Counted from the stretch's first letter, positions 46,788 to 57,014 are shown. The stretch: DNA of 63,908 nucleotides from Candidatus Aminicenantes bacterium (GCA_016934475.1 JAFGST010000177.1:1-63908); one strand, 5' to 3'. The notes: generated from the letters alone by a model not told the origin. Program-made: numbers and translations.

Positions 46788-48155
46788 CTAGATGTGGATC
46801 GCGAAGCCCCCGGTCTCGCCCAGCGCCTCCCAGACGCTTTCGCCCAGCGTGGGGTGGATGAAGACCAGGTCCTTGAAATCGTCGCTTTTCAGGCGCCGGG
46901 AAACGGCATAGGTCAACAGCGGGATCAGTTCGCCGGCCTCGGCCCCGACGATATGGGCGCCCAAAACCGTGTTGTCTACGCCGGTGATCACCTTGACCAG
47001 GCCGCTCTTCTCGTCGATGGCGTTGGCCCGGGATCCGGCGGCATAGGGAAAACGGCCGACCTTGATCGGCACGCCTTCCCTGCGGGCCTGGCTTTCGCTG
47101 ATCCCCACCGTGGCTACCTCGGGGAACGTGAAGACGGCCGCCGGCAGGGGGTGGTGGGGGATCGGCCTATTGTCGTGGATGAGCTCCACGATGGCCATGG
47201 CCTGGTGGGAGGCCTTGTGGGCCAGAAGCGGCGCTCCGATCACGTCGCCGCAGGCGAAGACGCCGGGCAGCGTCGTTTCCAGGTTCGCCGAGACGGCGAT
47301 GAAACCCTTGGCGTCGAGGCGCATGGGCAGGTCCGGGGCGATCGCCTCGGCCGTGCTGGCTACGCGTCCCACGGCCAGCAGGGCCTTGCTGAAGTCCTGG
47401 CGCCAATCTTGGTTTCCCTTCCTGAACTGCAGGCTGACCGCATCGTCAATGCGGGGCTCGCTGATGGTGGTGGCGGTATGGATGGTGATGTTCTGCTTGA
47501 TCAGTTCGTTCCTCAGGATCTGGGCGATTTCGGGATCCATCCCCGGCATGACGGTCTCCATGATCTCCACAACCGTGACCTTGCTTCCCAGGTAGTTATA
47601 GATCAGCGCCCACTCCAGGCCGACGGCTCCGGCGCCGATGACCAGCAAGGTATCGGGCACATCATCCAGTCCCAAAAGGTCGTCGGAAGCGACGATCCGC
47701 CGGCCGTCCCGTTGCAGGAACGGCAATTCGGCTGGCCGGGAACCGCTGGCGACCACGACGTGGCGAGACGACACCTTTTTCTGGCCGTCGATGAGGACGG
47801 TGTCGTGCCCGGTCAAAAGCGCCTTGCCCTTGATCAGCGTCACCCCATGCCGCTTGAAGAGGAGTTCGATCCCGCGGGTTTGCTTGGCGACGATGCGCTC
47901 CTTGCGCCGGCGGATCTCGTCGATGGCGACCTGGAACTTCTCCACGCGCACTCCGATCTTGGCGAAATCGTTGATCTGCTTGATGGCCCTGACCGAGTGC
48001 AGGATGGCCTTGGTGGGGATGCAGCCGCGCTGCAGGCAAGTACCGCCGGGCAGATCCATCTCGACCACCGCGGTGCGCATGCCTTTCTTGGCCGCGGCGA
48101 TTGCCCCCTCGTAGCCTGCCGGGCCGCCGCCGATAAACAGAAGATCGTAGTCCAT
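46788..48155 (-). CDS. lpdA: Dihydrolipoyl dehydrogenase
   Basis: 455 aa with FAD motif GGGPAGYEGAI, the redox disulfide GTCLQRGCIPTK and a C-terminal HPTLGE. Confidence 0.93.
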   Translation of the reverse strand: MDYDLLFIGGGPAGYEGAIAAAKKGMRTAVVEMDLPGGTCLQRGCIPTKAILHSVRAIKQINDFAKIGVRVEKFQVAIDEIRRRKERIVAKQTRGIELLFKRHGVTLIKGKALLTGHDTVLIDGQKKVSSRHVVVASGSRPAELPFLQRDGRRIVASDDLLGLDDVPDTLLVIGAGAVGLEWALIYNYLGSKVTVVEIMETVMPGMDPEIAQILRNELIKQNITIHTATTISEPRIDDAVSLQFRKGNQDWRQDFSKALLAVGRVASTAEAIAPDLPMRLDAKGFIAVSANLETTLPGVFACGDVIGAPLLAHKASHQAMAIVELIHDNRPIPHHPLPAAVFTFPEVATVGISESQARREGVPIKVGRFPYAAGSRANAIDEKSGLVKVITGVDNTVLGAHIVGAEAGELIPLLTYAVSRRLKSDDFKDLVFIHPTLGESVWEALGETGGFAIHI

Positions 48156-48184
48156 GGCTTCTCCTTAGGGCTCTGAGGAACGAG

Positions 48185-49309
48185 CTAGCGCTTCATGTCT
48201 TCCAGCACCTGCTTCAGCTTGGCGACGAAAAAATCGTTGTCCTGCGGCAGGCCGATGGTGACGCGCATGGCTTCCGGAATGCCGAATCCCGCCGCGGGCC
48301 GGACGATCACCCCTTGCTCGAGCAGACGGCGGTTCAATTCGGCCACGTCGACACCGATCCCGGGGAAAAAGAGGAGGAAATTGGCCTGCGATGGGATCAC
48401 GCGCAGTCCCAATTCCTGCAGCTGGGCGAACAGCCGGGGCTTGGCGGCACGGTTCAGGCGCAGCGATTCGTTCTTGAAGTCCTCGTTCTCCAGCGAGGCC
48501 AGGGCGGCGCACTGGCCGAGGCGGGTGACGTTGAAGGGCGGCTTGACGCGGTTGAGGATGGCAATGATCTCCGGCCTGGCCATGGCATAGCCGATGCGCA
48601 GTCCGGCCAGGCCGTAGATCTTGGAAAATGTGCGCAGGACGACCACGTTCCTTCCCGCGGCGATCTCGCTCAGGCCGGTCACGTAGTCGTCGGGGTCGTC
48701 GATGTATTCTTGGTAGGCGTTGTCCAGGACGATGATCCGGTCGCCTGGCACGCGGTCGATGAAGGAGCGTACGGCGTCGGCATGCAGGAAGGTCCCGGTG
48801 GGATTGTTGGGATTGGTGATGAAGATGATCTTGTTCCGCTCATCGATGCGCCCGGCGATGGCATCAAGATCGAAGCGGAATTCGGGGTCCATCGGGGCCT
48901 CAACAAAAGCGGCGGCCCCGGCGATCTCGGTCGTGGCGATCTTGTACAGGGAAAACGTTTTTTCCGACGTCAGAACCCTTTCCCCGGGCTTGAGAAAGGC
49001 CCGGATCAGCATGTGGATGATTTCCACCGACCCGGCTCCGACGATGACGCTCTCCATGCCGATGCCGTTGTACTCGGCGATGCGCTGGCGCAGGCGGTGA
49101 CTGTCCGAATCCGGATAATAATGGGCCTGGGAAAGTTCCTCGGCGACGGCTTTGCGGACGTTGACCGGGATCGGCAGCATGTTTTCGTTGGAGGCCAGCT
49201 TGACGATCCGGGCCAGGCCGAATTCCCGCTGGATTTCCTCGACCGGTTTTCCCGGCCGGTAGGGATCGATCTGCAGAACGTGGGGGTTGAGCAAGGATTC
49301 CATCTCCAC
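48185..49309 (-). CDS. hisC: Histidinol-phosphate aminotransferase
   Basis: 374 aa with KLASNENMLP, a class-II aminotransferase layout and the PLP-Lys region TFSKIYGLAGLRIGY. Confidence 0.92.
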   Translation of the reverse strand: MEMESLLNPHVLQIDPYRPGKPVEEIQREFGLARIVKLASNENMLPIPVNVRKAVAEELSQAHYYPDSDSHRLRQRIAEYNGIGMESVIVGAGSVEIIHMLIRAFLKPGERVLTSEKTFSLYKIATTEIAGAAAFVEAPMDPEFRFDLDAIAGRIDERNKIIFITNPNNPTGTFLHADAVRSFIDRVPGDRIIVLDNAYQEYIDDPDDYVTGLSEIAAGRNVVVLRTFSKIYGLAGLRIGYAMARPEIIAILNRVKPPFNVTRLGQCAALASLENEDFKNESLRLNRAAKPRLFAQLQELGLRVIPSQANFLLFFPGIGVDVAELNRRLLEQGVIVRPAAGFGIPEAMRVTIGLPQDNDFFVAKLKQVLEDMKR

Positions 49310-49312
49310 CTC

Positions 49313-49885
49313 CTACTTGAACAACGAGGGCTGTTCCTTTTCCTCGAAAAGCTCGGTCAATTCCTCCAGCGACGGCAGTTCCGAAAGATCGTTCAGGCCG
49401 AAATAGACCAGAAACTCTTGGGTGGTGGCGTAAAGGGCGGGCAGGCCCGGCACTTTTTTGCGGCCCGTGATCCGTATCAGCTTCTTCTGCAGCAGGTTCT
49501 TCACCGGTCCGGTGGAATTGACGCCGCGCATGTCGGAGATCTCGGCCAGGGTGGCCGGCTGGCGGTAGGCGATGATCGAGAGCGTCTCCAGGGAGGCGAG
49601 GGTCAGCTTCGCCGACTGCTTGACGGTGAAGAACCGCTTCAGCTCGTCGTGCAGGTCGGGCTTGGTCACCAGCTGTAGCCCGCCGCCGCTCCGCTTCAGC
49701 TGCAGCCCCCGTTCGGGCCGCTCCAGCAAGTAGTCTTTTTCCATCGCTTCAAGGATTTTTTCGAATTCCGCGATATCCTGGATTTCCAGGAACTCCATGA
49801 TTCGTCCCGGTTCGACCGGCTCCTTGGAAACGAACAGGACGGCCTCGACCAGGGCCACCTGACGCTGGAGTTGTTCGGGGCTCAT
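49313..49885 (-). CDS. scpB: Segregation and condensation protein B
   Basis: 190 aa with VEAVLFVSKEPV and a winged-helix pair. It lies directly downstream of scpA. Confidence 0.88.
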   Translation of the reverse strand: MSPEQLQRQVALVEAVLFVSKEPVEPGRIMEFLEIQDIAEFEKILEAMEKDYLLERPERGLQLKRSGGGLQLVTKPDLHDELKRFFTVKQSAKLTLASLETLSIIAYRQPATLAEISDMRGVNSTGPVKNLLQKKLIRITGRKKVPGLPALYATTQEFLVYFGLNDLSELPSLEELTELFEEKEQPSLFK

Positions 49886-49889
49886 CGTC

Positions 49890-50621
49890 TCAGTTGTCCA
49901 GTTGCCCCGCCTGGTTGGGATAGAGGGAGATGGTGCCGAACAGCTGCTCCTGGACGGCGATGAGCAGGTGGCACTTGATCATTTCCAGAAGGGTGAAAAA
50001 GCTGACCAGGATTTCCTCGATGGAGTCCAGTCGCGAGAGGTACTCACTGAAATCGATGAATCCCCTGCCGGCCAGCAGGGAAAGGATCTCCTCCTTTTTT
50101 TCGGCGATGGAATAGTTTTTCGACGATATGGTGAGAAACTGCTCGCTCTCCTTTTTCTTGATGATGTCGAAAAAAATCTCCGCCAGCTGGAAGGCCGAAA
50201 CTTCTTTCAAGGCGTACTCGCGGTTGCTGAAGTTCTCGTTCATTTCCAGTCGCCGCCACAGAAGCAGCTCCGTGTACTCCATCTCCTGCAGCATGCGCGA
50301 TATCTTTTGGATCTTCTCGTACTCGATCAGGGTGTGCATCAGCTGCTTTTCCTCCGATTCCTCGGAGGGGATCTCGGGCTTGGGGAGCAGGGAGCGGGAC
50401 TTGATGTAGATCAGGGTGGCGGCGGTCATCAGGAACTCGCTTTCGCGCGAGGGATTGATACCCCTGCGGTTTTCCAGATAGGCCAGGTACTCGGCGGTGA
50501 TTTGGGAGAGGCGGACCTCCATGATCTTCAGCTTGTTCTTGCGGATCAGGTGCAGCAGCAGGTCCAGGGGGCCGGCAAAGAACTCGGTCTGCACCTGGTA
50601 GCCGTCGAATTCCGTTTGCAT
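49890..50621 (-). CDS. scpA: Segregation and condensation protein A
   Basis: The start MQTEFDGYQVQTEFFAGPLDLLLHLIRKNKL sits at ATG 50621, overlapping the trpS stop as TAATG. The track ORF start at 50981 lies inside trpS and is rejected. Confidence 0.88.
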   Translation of the reverse strand: MQTEFDGYQVQTEFFAGPLDLLLHLIRKNKLKIMEVRLSQITAEYLAYLENRRGINPSRESEFLMTAATLIYIKSRSLLPKPEIPSEESEEKQLMHTLIEYEKIQKISRMLQEMEYTELLLWRRLEMNENFSNREYALKEVSAFQLAEIFFDIIKKKESEQFLTISSKNYSIAEKKEEILSLLAGRGFIDFSEYLSRLDSIEEILVSFFTLLEMIKCHLLIAVQEQLFGTISLYPNQAGQLDN

Positions 50622-51604
50622 TACACGTTCATCAGGCCCCGGACCTGCTCGATCGTGCGCCGGGCCCGCTCGGCGGCGCGGCGGTTCCCCGGAGCCAGGA
50701 TGTCCGCGACGGCCGTTCTCTCGTAGTCGCTCCGCCTTTGGCGGAAGGGCTCCAGGAAATCGTTCACGTTGCGGATGAGGATGCCCTTGCAGTCCAGGCA
50801 GCCGATGCCGGCCTTGCGGCACTCGGCGTCGACCATGGCGATCTCGTCTCCCTTGGAATAGGCCTTGTGCAGGACGAACACCGGGCAGTCCTCGGGGACC
50901 CCGGGGTCGGAGCGGCGCTTGCGGCGCACGTCGGTGACCATGGGACGGATCTTCTCGCCGATGGTGGATGCGCTGTCGCACAGATAGATGGCGTTGTCAT
51001 AGCTCTTGCTCATCTTGCGGCCGTCCACGCCCGGGAGCTTGGGGATGGGGGTCAGGAAGGGCTGGGGCTCGGGGAAGCAGTCGCCGTACAGCCCATGGAA
51101 GCGGCGCACGATCTCGCGGGCCAGCTCCAGGTGGAAGACCTGATCCTCGCCCACGGGCACGGTGTCGGCCTTCATGATGATAATGTCCACCGTCTGCAGC
51201 AGCGGGTAGCCGAGGAAACCGAAGGTGTTGATGTCACGGTCGCTCAACTGCGCCTGCTGCTCCTTGAAGGTGGGAACCCGTTCCAGCCAGCCCAGGGGGG
51301 TCACCATGCCCAGGAGCAGGGACAGCTCGGCGATCTCCTTGACGGCGGACTGCAGGTAGACGACGCTTTTTTCCGGATCGATGCCCACGGCCAACAGGTC
51401 GAGAAGGGACTGACGGATATTGTCCTGAATGCCCTTCACGTCCTGGTATTCGGTGGTCAGGGCGTGCCAGTCGACGATCGAAAAATAGCATTCGCCCATC
51501 TCCTGCAACTGTACCCAGCTTTTCAGCGCGCCTTCCCAGTGTCCCAGGTGGGCCGCCCCGGTGCCCGTCGGCCGGATGCCGCTCATGATCACCCGGGGGT
51601 TCAT
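50621..51604 (-). CDS. trpS: Tryptophan--tRNA ligase
   Basis: 327 aa with a class I HIGH-like motif (AAHLGHW) and KMSKS (RKMSKS). Confidence 0.95.
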   Translation of the reverse strand: MNPRVIMSGIRPTGTGAAHLGHWEGALKSWVQLQEMGECYFSIVDWHALTTEYQDVKGIQDNIRQSLLDLLAVGIDPEKSVVYLQSAVKEIAELSLLLGMVTPLGWLERVPTFKEQQAQLSDRDINTFGFLGYPLLQTVDIIIMKADTVPVGEDQVFHLELAREIVRRFHGLYGDCFPEPQPFLTPIPKLPGVDGRKMSKSYDNAIYLCDSASTIGEKIRPMVTDVRRKRRSDPGVPEDCPVFVLHKAYSKGDEIAMVDAECRKAGIGCLDCKGILIRNVNDFLEPFRQRRSDYERTAVADILAPGNRRAAERARRTIEQVRGLMNV

Positions 51605-52281
51605 CCCACGACCCCGGCTTTCAATAGGATATAGATCAGCGAGGGGAACATCTTGAACAGGACGCCGAAGATCGCGTTGGCGATCCGGTCGAATATCCGC
51701 GTGTAGATGATCAGCAGCAGGATGAAAAAGCCGTAGGGCTTGATCTTTTCATAGAGGACCAGCGCTTCGCCCTTCAGCACCCCCTCCAGGATGCCGCTGC
51801 CGTCCAGGGGCGGGATGGGGATCAGGTTGAATACGGCCAGGAAGATATTGATCAGCAGAAGGTAGGAGGCGATCTTGACCAGCAGCAGGACGGTGAGGCT
51901 GGAGGTGGTCATGATGGGCTGGAAAAGCAGCAGCAACAGGACGATGATGACCATGCTGACCATGATGTTGGCGACCGGCCCGGCCGCGGAAATGAACATC
52001 CCGGCCCGGCGGCGGTCGCGCAGGTTGTAGGGATTGACCATGACCGGCTTGGCCCAGCCGAAGACGGGGGTGCCGACGACGGCCAGCAGCAGGGGAAAGA
52101 TGATGGTGCCGATGAGGTCGATATGGGCGATGGGATTCAGCGTGATCCGGCCCTGCAGCCGGGCCGTGGGATCGCCGAACTTATCGGCGGTCCAGGCGTG
52201 GGCCGACTCGTGGACCGATATGGCGAAGAGCACGGAAACAAACTGGATCACGATGCGGAATATGTCTGCCATGATTTTCAA
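51601..52281 (-). CDS. Site-2 protease family (M50) membrane metalloprotease
   Basis: 226 aa with HExxH (VHESAHA) in a TM segment and later NLIPIPPLDG. It overlaps trpS by 4 nt. Confidence 0.85.
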   Translation of the reverse strand: MKIMADIFRIVIQFVSVLFAISVHESAHAWTADKFGDPTARLQGRITLNPIAHIDLIGTIIFPLLLAVVGTPVFGWAKPVMVNPYNLRDRRRAGMFISAAGPVANIMVSMVIIVLLLLLFQPIMTTSSLTVLLLVKIASYLLLINIFLAVFNLIPIPPLDGSGILEGVLKGEALVLYEKIKPYGFFILLLIIYTRIFDRIANAIFGVLFKMFPSLIYILLKAGVVG

Positions 52282-52439
52282 AAAATACCATAAACATCGG
52301 GCTCAGTCAATCGAGGATCTTCCCGGGCGCGGATGCCCCCATTTGAAATTTCATTGGGTTTTTGCTTATTATAACGGAATCGGGCGCGGGTCCGCTGCGA
52401 AGGCGGGCCGCGATCTTCGTCCGTGGCAAGGAGGTGAGC

Positions 52440-54143
52440 ATGAAGGAAGCTCGAGGGCGGATGCGGATGCGGTTCGGGGTGATGGCGGCGGTTGTGTTCG
52501 CTTCAGGGCCGGCGTTCCGTCTTGCGGTGATCGGCGCCCCGACCGCCCGGATGCAAATCGAGAAAGTCGCTCTCTTCAAGAATGGGATCGGATATTTCAG
52601 TGCCAGCGCCACCCTTCCCGGCGGCGAGAGAACGATCCGCTTCGGGCAGCTGCCGATCCCGTTGTATGGAACGTTCTGGGTCGGCTATGGCCGTGAGGTG
52701 AAGGTGCGGAGCCTGGTCACGGCAATGGAAGAGCGGGAGGAGCGGATTCCGGTGCAGAGCCTAGGGCAATTACTGCTGGCCAATGCCGGTCGCCGGGTGA
52801 TCCTCCGTGCCGGTCCGGGGGAAAAGGACATCATCGAGGGAGTGATCCTCCCGGGGGGGGGCGCCGCGTCGCCCGCCGATCCCGGCAATCCCTATTTCAT
52901 GGACTACCGGCGGCAACAGGGCGACCGCATCCAGCCGTCGCTGCCGGACGCCCGCCTCCTGCTGATCCGGACCGACAAAGGCACGGTCGCCCTGAATGCC
53001 GGCGCGGTCGCCCGTGCCGATTTCGGCGCGGATGCTCTTCACACGACCCTGCCCGTCAGGCACAGTCGCCCGAGCATCCGCATGGAGCTTGACGCTGCCG
53101 CTGGGGGCAAGAAGGTCGCCGTCCGTTATCTGGCCCGCGGGGTCACGTGGGTCCCGGGATATCGGATCGATCTTTCCCAGGCTACGGTCGCCAAGTTCAG
53201 CGCCCAGGCGCTGATCATCAACGAGCTGGCCGATTTCGACCACGTCGAGCTGCACCTGGTCACGGGCTTCCCGAACATCCGCTTCGGCGGGATCGCGAGC
53301 CCTCTGGCGATGAGCCAGAGCCTGGCGGAATTTCTCCGCTCCCTGGCCGGCGGGAGGGACGAATACTCCCGTTCGGCTGCCGGCATGCTGACCCAGCAGG
53401 CCGTGCTGGTGAACGCGCCGGTTTTCTCGGACCAGGAAATTCCCCCGCAGCCGGAGTATGCGGGCGAAGCGGCGGGAAAGGTTTCGGAGGATCTTTTTCT
53501 TTATCCGGTCGAGGATTTCTCACTGAAAAGGGGCGAAACGTCGTGGCTGCCGCTGTTCTCGGCCGAAATGGCCTACAAGCATATCTACACCTGGAAGATC
53601 AGGGATTTTCTTGACCCGGAGAACCGCTATCGCCCCGACGAGGCGCGAGCGGACGGAAAAACCGCCGAGGAAATATGGCATTCCTGCCGCCTGGTCAACA
53701 GCCTGTCGATGCCCCTGACCACCGCCGCGGCCGAATTCGTGGCCGACGGGGCGTTCATCGGTCAGGACATATGCTACTACACGGCCCCGGGCGCGGAGAC
53801 GACGATCCGCATCAACCGGGCCATGAACATCCTGGCCGAGCAGGCCGAAGTGGAGGTCGAGCGCCGCCGCAATGCCCAAACGTTCCATGGCCATTCCTAT
53901 GACCTGGTCAAGGTGAGGGGTGAACTGACGCTGCGTAGCCGGATCGCCAGAACCGTCCCCGTGGAGATCGGCAAGGAACTGTCGGGCCACGTCCTCGAGA
54001 TGCTGCCGGCGGCCAGGGATATCCCGACCGCCAAGGGTCTCAGGCAGGTGAATCCCAAGCACGTCCTGACCTGGGAAATCGAGTTGAAACCGGGGGCGGA
54101 GGTGAAACTGACGTACCTTTATCAGGTATACATTCGCGACTAG
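52440..54143 (+). CDS. DUF4139-like secreted protein (function unknown)
   Basis: I start it at ATG 52440, preceded by GGAGGTGA (MKEARGRMRMRFGVMAAVVFASG...). Its size, the GVTWVPGYRIDL motif and the C-terminal beta-rich end resemble DUF4140/DUF4139 proteins. The assignment is by eye. Confidence 0.55.
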   Translation: MKEARGRMRMRFGVMAAVVFASGPAFRLAVIGAPTARMQIEKVALFKNGIGYFSASATLPGGERTIRFGQLPIPLYGTFWVGYGREVKVRSLVTAMEEREERIPVQSLGQLLLANAGRRVILRAGPGEKDIIEGVILPGGGAASPADPGNPYFMDYRRQQGDRIQPSLPDARLLLIRTDKGTVALNAGAVARADFGADALHTTLPVRHSRPSIRMELDAAAGGKKVAVRYLARGVTWVPGYRIDLSQATVAKFSAQALIINELADFDHVELHLVTGFPNIRFGGIASPLAMSQSLAEFLRSLAGGRDEYSRSAAGMLTQQAVLVNAPVFSDQEIPPQPEYAGEAAGKVSEDLFLYPVEDFSLKRGETSWLPLFSAEMAYKHIYTWKIRDFLDPENRYRPDEARADGKTAEEIWHSCRLVNSLSMPLTTAAAEFVADGAFIGQDICYYTAPGAETTIRINRAMNILAEQAEVEVERRRNAQTFHGHSYDLVKVRGELTLRSRIARTVPVEIGKELSGHVLEMLPAARDIPTAKGLRQVNPKHVLTWEIELKPGAEVKLTYLYQVYIRD

Positions 54144-54206
54144 ACCCGATGGGGCGAGCCGTACGGAATCGGAGCAGCCGCCGCTCAAGGGCAAGAGAGG
54201 GCCGGC

Positions 54207-55499
54207 ATGGATTTTTTTAGGCTGAAGGAAAGCGGGACGACGGCGGGAAGAGAGATCCTCGCTGGCGTCGTTTCGTTCATGGCCATGGCCTATATCATTT
54301 TCGTCAACCCGAAAATACTGGCCGCCGCCATGGGCGAGGAATTCGTTCCGGCCTTGGTGGTCGCCACCTGCTTCGGCGCCGGGATCCTGAGCATCCTGAT
54401 GGGGCTGGCCAGCAATTATCCCCTGGCCCTCGCCCCGGGCATGGGCCTGAACGCCTTCCTGGCTTACGGCGTGATCATCGGCCTGAAGGTTCCCTGGCAG
54501 ACGGCGATGGGAGTCGTTTTCCTGGAGGGTGCGATCATCACGGTCCTGGTCCTGACCCGGGTCCGGGAGGGGGTAATGAACGCCATCCCCCTCGACCTGA
54601 AGCGCGGCATCGGCGTGGGCATCGGCCTGCTCATCGCCCTGATCGGGTTGCAGAATGCCGGGCTGGTCGTCCCTGATGCGGCGACCATGATCGCTTTCGG
54701 TCCCTTCGGCCCGGAAAGCCTGGTGGCGGTATTCGGGCTTGCCTTGTCGGCGGTCCTGATGGTGAAAAAGATCCGGGGAGCCTTGCTGATCGGCATCATG
54801 GCATGCACGGCGACGGCCGTCCTCTGCGGACTGGTCCGCCTGCCGGCCATGCCGCTGGCCGGCGTCAAGGCGGAGTATTTCCGCACGTTCTTCGCCCTGG
54901 ACATCGGGGGCGCCCTGCGCCTGGGTCTGCTGGGAACCGTTTTCGCCTTCCTGATCACCGATTTCTTCGACACCATGGGATCGGTCGTCGCGGTCGGGGA
55001 ACAGGCCGGTTTCCTGGACGAGGCCGGCCGGATGCCGCGGCTGAGGCACGTCCTGCTGGTCGATTCCCTGGGCGCCCTCGGCGGCGGGCTGTTTGGCTGC
55101 AGCTCGGTGACGACCTACGTGGAAAGCGCCGCTGGAGTGGGCGAGGGGGGGCGCACGGGACTGACCTCGGTGGTCGTGGGCCTGCTGTTCCTGCTGGCCG
55201 TTTTCTTCACGCCGCTGGTGGCCATCGTGCCCTACTACGCCACGGCCCCGGCCCTGGTCCTGGTGGGCTTTCTCCTGATCGCCGGCGTGCGTTCCATAGG
55301 CTGGGATGATCCCGGCACGGCCCTGCCGTCATTCTTAACCATCATCATGATCCCCTTCACTTTCAGCATCGCCAGGGGCATCGGCTACGGCTTCATTTGC
55401 TACGTGCTGTTGAAGCTGCTGACCGGAAAGGTCCGCGAGATCCACCCGCTGATGGCTCTGGTCTCCATCCTGTTCGCCGTCGATTTCTATATTTCTTGA
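54207..55499 (+). CDS. NCS2 family purine permease (AzgA/PbuG-like, adenine/guanine/hypoxanthine)
   Basis: 430 aa with N-terminus FFRLKESGTTAGREILAGVVSFMAMAYIIFVNP, typical of AzgA-type permeases. It is polytopic. Confidence 0.9.
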   Translation: MDFFRLKESGTTAGREILAGVVSFMAMAYIIFVNPKILAAAMGEEFVPALVVATCFGAGILSILMGLASNYPLALAPGMGLNAFLAYGVIIGLKVPWQTAMGVVFLEGAIITVLVLTRVREGVMNAIPLDLKRGIGVGIGLLIALIGLQNAGLVVPDAATMIAFGPFGPESLVAVFGLALSAVLMVKKIRGALLIGIMACTATAVLCGLVRLPAMPLAGVKAEYFRTFFALDIGGALRLGLLGTVFAFLITDFFDTMGSVVAVGEQAGFLDEAGRMPRLRHVLLVDSLGALGGGLFGCSSVTTYVESAAGVGEGGRTGLTSVVVGLLFLLAVFFTPLVAIVPYYATAPALVLVGFLLIAGVRSIGWDDPGTALPSFLTIIMIPFTFSIARGIGYGFICYVLLKLLTGKVREIHPLMALVSILFAVDFYIS

Positions 55500-55518
55500 A
55501 GCGAGGATGGAAACCGCT

Positions 55519-56985
55519 TCAGGGATTCGCCCTGGGCGGCTCTCCATAGATCCGGGCGAATTCTTCGGCAAAAGCGCTCTTGCCGCAGAGCATCATGGCG
55601 GCCAGCGGCATGCGCTTCTTGGCCTCGGCGGCCAGGCGCAAGGCCAGTCCGCGGATGTCCCATTGGGCGTTCTCGTCGGCCCGCAGCCGGACGAAATGAT
55701 AGAGTTCCCTCAGATTCATCTTCATCAGCACGCGGCGGCGATGGGAATTGGTCAACAGGTAGTCGGCCGCCGCGCCGACCCGTTCCCCGAGGCGCCGGAA
55801 AGCGCGGTCGGTGGCCTCGATGATCTCCATGAATTCTCCGTCCAGGCCGGCCTCGCGGATGCTCTCCGGCACGGTGCATCCCAGCTCCGGGTCATAGTTC
55901 GCGGCCAGAAGCGTGGCCATGCGATGGCGCTTGAGCTGAGCGAAGTTGGAGGCGCTGACAATGGCCTGAAAGGCGATGCCGGCCATCTCGAACTCCCGGG
56001 GCGGGGCGTCGAAGAACTGCATGCTCCTGAAGAAATCGCGGAACAGGGAGCGCTTGCGTGCCTGAGGAAGGCGTTTCACGGCGAGCGCTGCCGCGGGCAG
56101 GCCGAGACCATGGCGGGCGGCGAGGCCCGAGGCCAGGAGCAGATCATCGGCCGCCGGGGTCGAGGAAACGATCTTCAGCTCCGAACCGGCCGGCGCCATC
56201 CTTGGCCGGGGGAGGGATTCCGGGGATTCATCCGGGATTGGGAAGGCCTGGCGCTCGAATGGCGACGGTTCGGGGAACAGGATGATGGAGGGAGCGATGG
56301 GCAAGACCAGCGCATACAGTTTTGCGCCGATTTCCCGCACCTCCCGCCGTGGGCTGAGACGGAACCGGCGCAGCAGGTGCTCCAGGTTGCGGGCATTGAT
56401 GGTCATGCCGACCTGACCGCGGCTAGCCAGCGGCAGGATGTAGCGGGAGTCTTCCTTGGCCCAGTTTTCGACCTGTTTCCGTCCGCCGGCGCAGGCGAGT
56501 TCTTGGGGGAAGCGCCGGCGCAGTCGCCGGTGCAGCGCATGGAAGGCCTTGAAATAGAAGCGGTTCTGCCTTCGCACGGTCGCCAGGAACAGCTTCTTGC
56601 ACTCCGCATCCCCGATCTCCCGGGGCATGACCTGGTCGCCCTCCAGAGTGACGTAGCGCTGCGATTTTTCCGTGTAGGACACCAGGCGGAATTTTTCGAT
56701 CTCCTCCAGGGCCAGCCGCGAGACGCCCATGATGTCGAAGTTGAAGACCGCATGCTCGGCCACCGAGTGATGCCCCATCTCGAAGATAATCCGCTGGTTC
56801 GACCGGCGGGCCTTCACGACGTCCTGGCAGGCCTTCTTGCGCAATTGATCGACCGGCAGGGAGCTGCGGCTGATGCGGGCGTAGGCGGCGCTGAGCGTTT
56901 CCGGAGTCAGATACGGCTGGCCGTCGGGATCCAGCCGCCGCAGAACGTCCGTGTCGATGTTGAATCCGGCCAGTTTGACCCGCAA
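55519..56985 (-). CDS. thyX: FAD-dependent thymidylate synthase, duplicated-domain (tandem ThyX) form
   Basis: It has two ThyX-like halves. Half 1 has HHSVAEH and KFRLVSYTEKSQRY; half 2 has KRHRMATLLAANYD and AQWDIRGLA. I start it at TTG 56985, preceded by GGGAGG. The track start at 57336 overlaps the upstream gene. Confidence 0.78.
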   Translation of the reverse strand: MRVKLAGFNIDTDVLRRLDPDGQPYLTPETLSAAYARISRSSLPVDQLRKKACQDVVKARRSNQRIIFEMGHHSVAEHAVFNFDIMGVSRLALEEIEKFRLVSYTEKSQRYVTLEGDQVMPREIGDAECKKLFLATVRRQNRFYFKAFHALHRRLRRRFPQELACAGGRKQVENWAKEDSRYILPLASRGQVGMTINARNLEHLLRRFRLSPRREVREIGAKLYALVLPIAPSIILFPEPSPFERQAFPIPDESPESLPRPRMAPAGSELKIVSSTPAADDLLLASGLAARHGLGLPAAALAVKRLPQARKRSLFRDFFRSMQFFDAPPREFEMAGIAFQAIVSASNFAQLKRHRMATLLAANYDPELGCTVPESIREAGLDGEFMEIIEATDRAFRRLGERVGAAADYLLTNSHRRRVLMKMNLRELYHFVRLRADENAQWDIRGLALRLAAEAKKRMPLAAMMLCGKSAFAEEFARIYGEPPRANP

Positions 56986-57014
56986 GGATGCCTCCCGCAA
57001 AACGCGCGCCGCCG

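Noticed and set aside
50622-50981. N-terminal extension of the scpA ORF (track 49890-50981) overlapping trpS
   Set aside because: The extension is Arg, Pro and Gly-rich and lies in an alternative frame of the trpS 3' end. The conserved ScpA sequence begins at MQTEFDG (ATG 50621).
52853-52861. G9 homopolymer inside the DUF4139-like gene as a possible phase-variation (slipped-strand) tract
   Set aside because: Comparable tracts occur in essential or ordinary genes in the same window (G8/C8 in gyrA at 746-753, G8 in the btuC-like gene at 18826-18833, several C7 runs). The tract therefore looks like background for this composition. Read-level length heterogeneity would be needed to revive the idea.
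54144-54206. Possible purine riboswitch upstream of the NCS2 purine permease
   Set aside because: Only 63 nt are available, and I see no purine-riboswitch core, such as conserved loop-loop U/A-rich elements or a three-way junction.
55497-55521. Inverted repeat TGAAGCG-N11-CGCTTCA between the permease and thyX as a bidirectional terminator
   Set aside because: The arms contain the two stop codons, and no U-tract follows on either strand. It may still pause transcription, but it does not meet intrinsic-terminator criteria.
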